NCBI RefSeq assembly: GCF_004010195.1
Contig: NC_057749.1
Location: 21,456,711 to 21,476,710 of the forward strand
Direction: 5' to 3'
Length of the DNA: 20,000 bases
Source: Chiloscyllium plagiosum
Taxonomy: Eukaryota
The translations under genes and the position numbers were made by a program. Shown here piece by piece: positions 10,371-18,744 of this stretch. The notes under the pieces are model-generated. The model made no database searches, was not told where the DNA came from, and worked only from the letters and a program-made list of their open reading frames with translations. Every line of letters starts with the position of its first letter. Positions within the stretch are counted from its first letter, which is position 1.

Positions 10371-10649
10371 CTTCCAATTAAACCTGTTGGACTATAAGCT
10401 GGTGTTGTGTGATTTTTAACTTTTTCCATCCCAGTCCAACACCGGCATCACCAAATCATGACTGTTCAACATAAGCTTCCTGTCTGCATCCAAAGAATGT
10501 TCCACCTTTCCGCCTCCATAAATTTTTGTAACCTAAACAGTTCATTCAGAACATCTATTGCAATGTTTACCAGATCGCTTACCTGCCAATGTACTTATAA
10601 TTGTGTGTCATGCTTCAAGTGATCTGAGCTAAGATGAAAAAAATTGCCA

Positions 10650-10920
10650 AAAAACTGCAGATGCTAGAAATCCGAAACAAAACCAGAAATTGTGGGGAAA
10701 ACTCAGCAGGTCTGGCAGCATCTGTGGAAAGAAGTCAAAGTTCATGTTTCGAGTCCAGTGTCTCTTCATCAGAACTGATTGTATCTGGGAAAAGATTATT
10801 ATTGATGTTAAAGAAGGGGTGGCGGGGGTGTAAATGATAGATGGGGGTGGAGCCCAGAGAGAGAGAGAGAGAAAAGCAGTTGGACAGACAAAGGGATAGG
10901 GAGAGGTCAGCCCAGGATAA
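10650..10920 (-). mobile_element. PLE 3' end (family A) with partly decayed hammerhead (~10740-10777)
   Basis: Minus strand reads agttCTGATGAaGAGACactgGACTCGAAACatgaact, followed by the family A tail and preceded by a C/T-rich spacer. Confidence 0.8.
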
Positions 10921-12238
10921 TGGAGCCTGAGATTTTTATACCTTCACGTCACACATTATACATCATACAGAGATGATACCCTTCAGAGGTATACTGACAT
11001 ACTGATCATGAGGCACAACACAACATTGATATAGAGCACAGAATGAGGCCATTTGTGCCATCAGGTCTATGATTATCTCCATGGGTTATCCAAGATGTCA
11101 ATGAGGAAAACTCAACAACACATCCATCCCCGCAGAAAGGAACAGAAAATGTCGCTGTGCAGAGAAAAGCCTGCGACAGGGTTTGTCTGAGAATATTTTG
11201 CAGTGAGGAACAGATGGCAGATTAGTCACAGGATGCGTTTCTAGAAATGTAGCATGTTCAGACAGTTTCGTCACAGTTTTGATGCTCTGACACTGACTCT
11301 GTTTGTGCAAGATTGGTTGCCGAGCCCAGTTAGGTCAACAAATTGCCACATCATTTAATATCAAGAGAGACATCTTGCTCACGTCAGAAGGTTAACAAAT
11401 GTGGGTCATCCTCTCCCACTGCAACTGGGATACAGTGAATGGGTCCTGCAGAGATGCAACACAGACCCAAGTGATGCTGTGGCCATTTGCTCATTCCATT
11501 CTGTAAAGCTGCCTGGCTTTCTGCTTCATCCAGATTGGTCTGGGTTACCCCTGAAGAGAGACAGGCCACCGTCAGCTTCCAGGTGTGACCTCCTGTTTCA
11601 GATTTTACAGCCTTTGGACTTCTCAGGAGAGTGTACTCGAAGCGGTGAGGTAACATGAGGTATCTTGAGCTCAGGTCAAAGAGCCACTGGGCACCTCATT
11701 GAGATCATAAGCCCCTAATGTGCGTCTGTCTGTTTTAGGGGCACCTGGCTGTTTTAGGTGGTCACCTCATCCCCATCTGAAGGTCTAAACTCAGCACTGG
11801 ACTGTCGTCATCTCACCGCCCAGAGGAACAAAGACCAGTAAAACTGGCAAATCGAACATACTGGCCCGACACATCTTGCGTACTTCAAAACAGAGGGATG
11901 TACATATGACCTGTACATCCAATTCCAAGTCACAGGAAGTTGACGTCATGGTGCAGTGAGTAAAATCTGGCATAAACGAGAGACCAGAATGGGAGGAGAA
12001 CACAGAGAAAAGAGAGAATGAGGAAATCGAATGATATGAAAATAAGAAAGATGATTTTAAAGCTGATGAGTTTCTTCAGCAAGGAACTCATGTTGATAAA
12101 CGATAGAAGATTAGTGGAGGATAAATTTTTGATGAAAGCTTATAAACCGGAAGTAAATTTAGATGAATTATTTATTACAAACTAAAGTTATAAATGTGAG
12201 GAACGAACTTGAAGTGCATTGCAACAGTAAGGTCCAGA

Positions 12239-12444
12239 AATCCCACTCCATTCAATATAGCCAACTCCCTCCCATGCAACACTTAGAGGTTGATATTGAT
12301 CTTTCGAACTGGTGGCCCTTTGTACATGAGGGAGGGGAGCTGGATGGACCGAAATGCTGACCACATTCTGCAATGAAAGTGGAGGTCAGAGGTCATGACT
12401 GTGGCGGGTCAACAGTTGAGGCCTCCAGGTTAACTGTGGCCCTT
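12239..12444. repeat. Left arm of a ~200-bp inverted duplication (partner 13973-14169)
   Basis: 12243-12292 is the exact reverse complement of 14116-14165. The inner part is more diverged and has a 9-bp indel. Confidence 0.9.
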
Positions 12445-12657
12445 TTACGGTCACTCCCAGGAGAAAGCTCAGTCATCAGAACAATATACAGCACACAAGA
12501 ATGACCAGCAGTGCCGGCTACAATTTTTAAAGATTGTTTACGGAATGTGGGTGTTGCTGGGGAGACCGGTGGTTGTCCCCCATACCTGTTGACCCAGACG
12601 CCACTAAAGAGTCAGACATGGGTCTGAAATTGGATATAGGCCAGTTAAGGATGATAG

Positions 12658-12815
12658 GAGAGCACAGCAATTCAGGCAGCATCCGAGGACAGGCAAAATC
12701 CGATTTTGCCTGTCCTCGGATTTTGCCTGTCCTCGGATGCTGCCTGAGTTGCTGTGCTCTTCCAGCACCACTGATCCAGAATCTGGTTTCCAGCATCTGC
12801 AGTCATTGTTTTTAC
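12658..12815 (+). mobile_element. Fold-back PLE-derived element (family B variant) with 17-bp TSD
   Basis: TSD ccagttaaggatgatag at 12641-12657 and 12816-12832. Inverted arms with an internal duplication of gattttgcctgtcctcg. Confidence 0.85.
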
Positions 12816-12832
12816 CCAGTTAAGGATGATAG

Positions 12833-13014
12833 TCAAGAGTGTGGTGCTGGAAAAGCACAGCAGGTCAGGCAGCATCCGAGCAGGAAAATCGACATTTCAG
12901 GCAAAAGCCCTTCATTTTTCCTGCTCCTCGGATGCTGCCTGACCGGCTGTGCTTTTCCAGCACCACACTCTCGACTCTAATCTCCAGCATCTGCAGCACT
13001 CACTTTCCCCTCGG
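12833..13014 (+). mobile_element. Fold-back PLE-derived element (family B)
   Basis: Arms gagtgtggtgctggaaaagcacagc and gctgtgcttttccagcaccacactc, with a truncated minus-strand hammerhead at the centre. A third target copy, taaggatgtag, lies at 13015-13025. Confidence 0.85.
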
Positions 13015-13389
13015 TAAGGATGTAGATTGCCTTCCCTGATGGCCTGAGATTTTACAAGAATGAACAAAGGTTACATTAGATCAGCTTTTAATTAAAGTTT
13101 TTTAAGAAATTAAATTCAACTTTCACCATCTGACATAGTGGAATTCAGACCAATGTCCCCAGATCTTTAGCCTTGGATTATTGATGAGTAGCAGTGACAT
13201 TACCACAACATCACTGCCTTCTCCATCGCATATCACTACAATATGTATCGAGACCTCAGCCGCAATGATCCTGGATCAAGTGCAGACAATAGATAATGCA
13301 GGACTCAGATTAATAACCAAATGTAATTAAAACTGGAATATTAAATGAAAGCAGGTAGGAAGATAGAAGGAGAGAAGATGATTGTAAAC

Positions 13390-13490
13390 ATTAGGACGTA
13401 AGAACTAGGAAAGAGTTCACTGATTCAAGCTTTCCACTGTTCAACAAGATCATGTCTGATGTGTCCTTGGCTTCAATGACTTTTTCATGC
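13390..13490 (-). mobile_element. Degenerate CR1-group 3' tail
   Basis: taagaactagga...ttcaacaagatcatgtctgat, as at 1553 and 7661. Confidence 0.55.
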
Positions 13491-13972
13491 CGGCTCTCCC
13501 ACCTGGCTAATTGAGTTAAATCTGGGATCAGCCCCCTTTTCGTACCAACTTGTTCAGCAATCTTATTACATGCCTCAATAGTGGGTAGAGATTGAGAAGA
13601 AGCCTCCTGGCTCATAGGGAGGGACACTACCAGTGTTCTGCAAGGGCCTTCGTCAGACTCCTGTGCATCAGATGCTGGGGGCAAACCTTGAATGGACTTT
13701 TGTGGGTTAGTAGGGTTCCCCAGCCATCACCCCGAGGTCCTAAAGCAGGTGTCCAAAGAGCTGCCTGTTTCAAATGATTAATTCTGTTTGATATCAGAGC
13801 CTTTTGATGCCAATAGATGCCCAATGTTTATTTAGGATGGAACTGAATGGAAGTGCTCTGGACAGGGTGAAGGATGCAATGTGGATCCAGGAGTGATAAG
13901 ACTTGAATTACTTGTGGAGGTGCCCAGAGGAGAAGTTCACTCCTTGGTGTGGCCCTAAAAAAGGAAAAGATC

Positions 13973-14169
13973 AAGGGCTGCAGCTTACCCTGGGGCCTCA
14001 ACCATTGACCTTCCACAGTCATGACCTCTGACCTCTACTTTCATTGCAGAGTGTGGGGAGGATCTCGGTCCCTCCAGCTCATGTTCAAAGGACCACCAGT
14101 TCGAAAGATCAATGCCAACCTCTAAGTGTTGCATGGGAGGGAGTTGGCTATATTGAATGGAGTGGAATT
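13973..14169. repeat. Right arm of the inverted duplication
   Basis: Reverse-complement match to 12239-12444. Confidence 0.9.
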
Positions 14170-14489
14170 GAGTTTGGAATTAAACTTGTTAGAACACACC
14201 GAACCAAACCACATGCCTATCATTCCTGCAGCTGGCGTCTACGTTACTCCCCAAACACAATGAGTCTTCCTTTCCAGGTAGTGGATGAATTCCTGTTAGT
14301 TGCCTCACTGTGGGTAACTTGTCTGCCATGTGGTATTAACCAGACATCAGGAAGTCTAACATGCCTTGACCATGGGCAGTGGTTACCAAATGCTTTCGCA
14401 CTGTGATCCCATTTTAATGCTGTGATAGCAGAATGGTACCAGATTGGGGCAGGTGAGAGAGTTCACAGGGCAGCGTTTTCCTTATATGT

Positions 14490-15203
14490 TCACCGGATGT
14501 GGGTATCGCTGATGAGGTCAGCATTTATTTCCCATTCCTATTGGCCAGAGGGAGTTGAAGACCAGCCACATTTCTGTGGGCTGGAGTCATGTGTAGGGAT
14601 AACAAGCAGGAGGCTGGAAGAACACAGCAAGCCAGGCAGCATCAGGAGGTGGAGAAGTCAACGTTTCAGGTATAACCCTTCTTCAGGATTGGGGGGTGGG
14701 GCTCGGAGGAGCTGCAGATAAAGGTTGGGAGGAAGGGTTATGGGTGGGTTGATGGGGCAGAATGGTAAGGTAGTGATGGGTGAACACAAGTGGTGGGTAC
14801 GACCTGATTGGTCGAAGGGAGAGATGAATCTGTATGGTAGCTGGAAGGAAGGGTCAGTAGGTGGAAGGGAGGGGGAGGGGCTGGAGAGGGAGTTGGGGGA
14901 TGGGTGGGAAAGTTATTTGAAATTGGAGAACTCAATGTTGAGTTCTCCGGGCTGTGGGCTGCCCAGGCAGGAGTTAAGGTATTGTTCCTCCAGTTTGTGG
15001 TCTGATTCACCATGGCAATGGAGGAGGCTGGGGATGGACATGACGGAGAGGGACTGGGAGGGGGAACTGAAAGGCGTGATGACTGGGAGGTCAAGTTGGC
15101 CATGTAAAAAATTGGTTTGAAATTTCATCACCTGCCATGGAAGGATTTGAATCCATGCTCTTAGACGCTAGCCTCATGATCTCACCAGGACACCACTGCC
15201 TCT
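14490..15203 (-). mobile_element. tRNA-derived SINE interrupted by a PLE (14600-15102)
   Basis: Tail ggatgtgggtatcgctg...agcatttatttcccat and gggctggagtcatgtgtagg on the left. B-box-like ggatttgaatccatg at ~15144. Confidence 0.65.
14600..15102 (-). mobile_element. PLE 3' fragment (family D): GIY-YIG C-terminus, spacer and hammerhead (14656-14690)
   Basis: Peptide LPVITPFSSPSQSLSVMSIPSLLHCHGESDHKLEEQYLNSCLGSPQPGELNIEFSNFK*. Minus strand reads aatcCTGAAGAaGGGT(tat)ACCTGAAACGTTgact. Confidence 0.87.
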
Positions 15204-15336
15204 ACAAACCCTAATAAATGGTTTTCACAAGAGCAAAGTTTGCCAGATGTATAATTTCAGCTGCCTGCTGTTTTGGAGGCTGTGTTGGAGACTGTGACCA
15301 GCCCTCGGCACTCAATCCTTGATGGCACACACTTTC

Positions 15337-15850
15337 GAGTCGATAAAGTGTTGAGCTGGAAAAAGCACAGCAGGTCAGGCAGCATCTGAGGAGCAGGGGA
15401 TTCGACATTTTGGGCAGGACTGGGGAGGGAGAACGGGGCTGGGAAATAAATAAGTGGAGGGTGGGTGGGGCTGGGGGACAGGTAGGTGGATTGGCAATTG
15501 GTGGATGCAGGTGGGAGGTGATTGTGATAGGTCGGTGGGAAGGCTGGAGCAGATAGATGGGAAGGAAGGTGGACAGGTAGGTCAGGTCAAGGAGTCGGCC
15601 CTGAGCTGGAGGGTTGGATCTGGGATGGGCTGGGGGGAGGGAAGATTTGGAAACTGGTGAAATCAATGTTGAGGCCGTGTGGTTGTAGGTTCTTGAAGCG
15701 GGAGATGAAGTGTTCCTCCTCCAGTTTGCGTGTGGCCTTGATTTGGCAGTGGAGGAGGCCTAGCATGGACGTGTCATCTGGGGAAAGGGAGGGTGGTTGA
15801 AATGGTTGGCCACTGGACTGTGGGGTTGGTCGGTGCATATGGACCAGAGA
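15337..15850 (-). mobile_element. PLE 3' fragment (family B): GIY-YIG C-terminus, hammerhead core deleted
   Basis: Peptide SMLGLLHCQIKATRKLEEEHFISRFKNLQPHGLNIDFTSF, with the family B tail at 15337-15420. Confidence 0.87.
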
Positions 15851-16099
15851 TGTTGCTTTGAACCAAGGCAGGAAGAGTCACACACATGTGACCAGGGGAG
15901 CTAAAACCAGGACAGTCCCAGCCTCTGCCTTATAGCCACCATTGCTGCTTTGGATCCTGTGGCCCTGACTGCTTGACCCATGACCCTAATGGACGTCATA
16001 ACCCACAACCCTTGTTGTAGGAAAATGTCCCAAGATCCTCTTGGTGCTAGTGACACTATAGAATTCAGGGTTTACAGGTTGGTATCGTTGATAATAATA

Positions 16100-16480
16100 G
16101 ATATCACTGATAAACCCACCCGAGCTGCTCAAATTCAACTCATTCACTCAAATAAATCGAGACCAAAAGTTGATATCAGTAATGAGGGCCATGGCAGTGC
16201 CAGATTGTTACATAAACTCATCTCATCAGTAATGCCCTTTGGAGAAGATAAATTTACTATCCATTATTCAGTCTGGCCTAACCCCAGACCCAAAGTACCT
16301 TCCCCCAGGCCCACCTCCCTTCGATTTTCTCTCAGCCCCCTTGGGCCACCTCCCATTCCTGATGAAGGACTTATGCCCGAAACGTTGATTCTCCTGCTCC
16401 TCGGATGCTGCCTGACTGGCATTACACTTTTCAACTCTGACTCTCCAACATCTGCAGTCCTCACTTTCTCCCAAAGCAAT
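16100..16480 (+). mobile_element. Degenerate tRNA-derived SINE hosting a PLE
   Basis: gattgttacataaactcatct...taatgccctttggagaagataaattt...gtctggccta...ccagacccaaag[insert]caat. Confidence 0.6.
16296..16469 (+). mobile_element. PLE 3' end (family B) with near-intact hammerhead (16355-16390)
   Basis: attcCTGATGAaGGAC(ttat)GCCCGAAACGTTgatt. Possible 7-bp TSD cccaaag at 16289-16295 and 16470-16476. Confidence 0.85.
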
Positions 16481-16829
16481 ATTTCTTTATTCATTTATCA
16501 ATGGTTCAGCCAAGCACTTGGTGCACACCCCACTATCTCACGGTTCATGACAGATGAGTAATACATTCTGGCTCTGAATCTGATGGATGAGAGAATAAAG
16601 AATCATTTTCCATCGAGAGGTCAAGGTCCAAGAGTGGATCACACCAGAAGGGCTGGCCACACTTACTACAACACTCACAAGAGGTCATATCCTGAAGGCG
16701 AGGCAGAGTAACTCAATGAATTACCTTGTTAAACTGTTACAATCAATAAACTGCCTGTTCAATCATTATACAGAATTGCTGCCTCACAATTCCAGATGTA
16801 GGGTAAACATTCACCTTCAGTTGGCGAGA

Positions 16830-17070
16830 TAAATTGTTTTACAATACTGCCTTCAACTTCCTTCAGTGAAACACAACAATTGTCACCACCACTAGTTTCA
16901 TATTCCAGAAGCAGGCAGGTGTGGCTGGTTTAGTTTGGGATTATGGTCAGCATGAACTGATTGGATCAAAGGGTGTGTTTCTGTGTGTTTCCATGACTCT
17001 GTACAGATTTCGCTGGTGGGATTTGAACCCATGGACCCAGAGTATCAGCCAGACCCTCTGATTCTTATAT
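16830..17070 (-). mobile_element. Degenerate tRNA-derived SINE with an inserted CR1 tail
   Basis: B box gggatttgaacccatg (minus strand catgggttcaaatccc) at ~17018. Confidence 0.55.
16911..17001 (+). mobile_element. CR1 3'UTR fragment
   Basis: tggtcagcatgaactgattggatcaaagggtgtgtttctgtg...catgactctg matches the reverse complement of 638-720. Confidence 0.75.
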
Positions 17071-17130
17071 AGGGGCTGGTTTGCACGAGCCTTTGCGTCT
17101 GGGTGGGTTTGTTGGTAATTTTCTGTTCTA

Positions 17131-17394
17131 AAATAAGAACCTGCATTTGTGTAGCACCTTTCTCACCCTGAGCATTATAACATATGAAATATGGCCATCA
17201 ATTCACGCGCATAAGCTTCCGCGAACAGACATAAATGAGGTAAATGCCAGATAATCTGTTACACTGATGTTGGTGAAGGGATATATATTGGCCACAATAT
17301 TGGGAAGAACTCCTGTGATCCATGTCTTCTCTGAAATGTGGCCCCTCTGACAGTGCAGCACCCCCTCAGTGTAGCACTGGCAGTGTCGGCCTAG
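17131..17394 (-). mobile_element. Deu-domain SINE (SacSINE1/AmnSINE1-like)
   Basis: Minus strand reads ctgagggggtgctgcactgtcagag...tggccaatatatatcccttcaccaacatcagtgtaacagattatctggcatt...aaaggtgctacacaaatgcagg. Confidence 0.78.
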
Positions 17395-17535
17395 CCTCCG
17401 TGGGTAACCCTCTGTGGCAGAGTTCTTCTGGCAAGTGATTGTTGTTGGAGTGTCTAACTGCGTAGGGCACAATCTCCCCCTCCCTGGAGGTGGCCAGGGA
17501 TGTGGCAGGTAATTGGGGTGAATACGATATAACAA

Positions 17536-18115
17536 AGAACTGCAGATTCTGAAAATCTGAAACAGAAACGGAAATTACTGCAGAAACTCAGCAGGTCTGG
17601 CAGCACCTGTGGAGAGAAAAGCAGAGTTAATGTTTCGGGCCCAGTCACCATTCTTCAGAACTGCTTGTAGTTCAGAAAAGGTTGTTATTATGCTGAAGAC
17701 TGTGGAGCTCGGGAGGGAAAGGAGTGAGGGGATGGGTGGAGACAGAGCCCAGATAGGGAGAATGACAGTTTGGCATACAAAGGGTGGGTTGGTATTAAGA
17801 CAGGGAAGGAGAGAAACTGATAAATGGGGACCATGAGGGGGTGAGAATGGGTTGGCTGTGCTCGAAGCAGCCCAGAGCCTGGGGTGTGGGGTGGGTAAAG
17901 GACATGTGAGAAGGTGTTCAGGCCCAAATATTATTGAAGTCGATATTGAATCCTGAAGCGGGAGGGACCCCAAGTGGGAAATGAGATTTATCCAGCTTGC
18001 TCTGAGCTTCCCTGGAGCACTGCAGCAAGCCCGAGACAGAGATGTTGGCGAGGGAACAGGGTGGGGTGTTGAAGCTGCAGACAATTGGAAGATAATGGGG
18101 CAGGTTGACCCTGGA
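17536..18115 (-). mobile_element. PLE 3' fragment (family A): GIY-YIG C-terminus, spacer and decayed hammerhead (17625-17663)
   Basis: Peptide LPIVCSFNTPPCSLANISVSGLLQCSREAQSKL...SGFNIDFNN. Minus strand reads agttCTGAAGAatggtgactgggcccGAAACattaact. Confidence 0.87.
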
Positions 18116-18560
18116 GAGATACTTGCTCCCCATTTCTTGTCACCTCAGCAATGAGGTGCTGGGGGAGGGTCCACTGAGGATCTGCTCATCTCACCAGTAA
18201 TGAAGGCCTTTGAGCGGTCAAAAAGAGGCCTCCAATTATCCACTTGTTCCCGGCCCAATTATCCTCTTTCTTCGTCGGCATGAAAACTGCTTGGTTTCCC
18301 AAATGCTTGGGCTTTTCCATTTATCCCAATCTGGAGGGGGAGGGGATAGGGATGATCAAAGACACAAGCCCCTTGCCTCCTCTGACACAGACCCAACCTC
18401 ACTCGATGAGTCCCAAAAGACCAAGAATTACTGCCTGTCCATGTACCCCCGAGGATCAGGATACCGCTCCCCCCCCCCCCCCCCCCCACCCCCAACTCCC
18501 CCATCCTGCCGAAGCAGGGCTTCAATGTCAAGGCCTGTGATTGGCTGAGAAGGTCAACAG

Positions 18561-18710
18561 CGCTGAAAATGTGTTGCTGGAAAAGCGCAGCAGGTCAGGC
18601 AGCATCCAAGGAACAGGAGAATCGACATTTCGGGCATAAGCCCTTCTTCAGGACTTTACAGCAACACATTTTCAGCTCTGATCTCCAGCATCTGCAGTCC
18701 TCACTTTCTC
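18561..18710 (+). mobile_element. Fold-back PLE-derived element (family B) with 16-bp TSD
   Basis: TSD ctgagaaggtca(a/g)cag at 18545-18560 and 18711-18726. Inverted gctgaaaatgtgttgctg / cagcaacacattttcagc. Confidence 0.88.
18620..18655 (-). ncRNA. Minimal type I hammerhead ribozyme (near intact)
   Basis: Minus strand reads AGTC-CTGAAGA-a-GGGC(ttat)GCCC-GAAA-T-GTC-GATT, with a GUC site. Stem III ACGT has changed to ATGT. Confidence 0.75.
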
Positions 18711-18744
18711 CTGAGAAGGTCAGCAGTCTGTTTGTACCGAATGG

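Larger units (their letters stand above)
10242..10461 (+). mobile_element. Palindromic PLE-derived element (family C) with two hammerheads and 12-bp TSD
   Basis: 90-bp arms at 10241-10330 and 10332-10421 with a 1-nt centre, plus a 40-nt tail. TSD ctgttcaacata at 10230-10241 and 10462-10473. Confidence 0.92.
12525..13225 (-). mobile_element. tRNA-derived SINE split by two PLE insertions
   Basis: The tail lies at 12525-12570. gggtctg...taggccag and taaggatg..agattgccttccct flank the insertions. The head reads cagtgacattaccac...actgccttctcc. Confidence 0.65.

Noticed and set aside
10583..10628. Minus-strand exon-like segment (ttttcatcttag...CAG|gtaagc)
   Set aside because: Stop codons occur in all three frames. 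It shows that exon-like signals can arise by chance, although a non-coding exon is not excluded.
12063..12091. CTGATGA overlapping an 11-bp hairpin
   Set aside because: No GAAA or NUH follows, so it is not a hammerhead.
14509..14525. CTGATGA inside a SINE tail
   Set aside because: No stem II or GAAA.
15980..16561. 193-aa ORF
   Set aside because: It runs across SINE and PLE fragments and has no recognisable domain.
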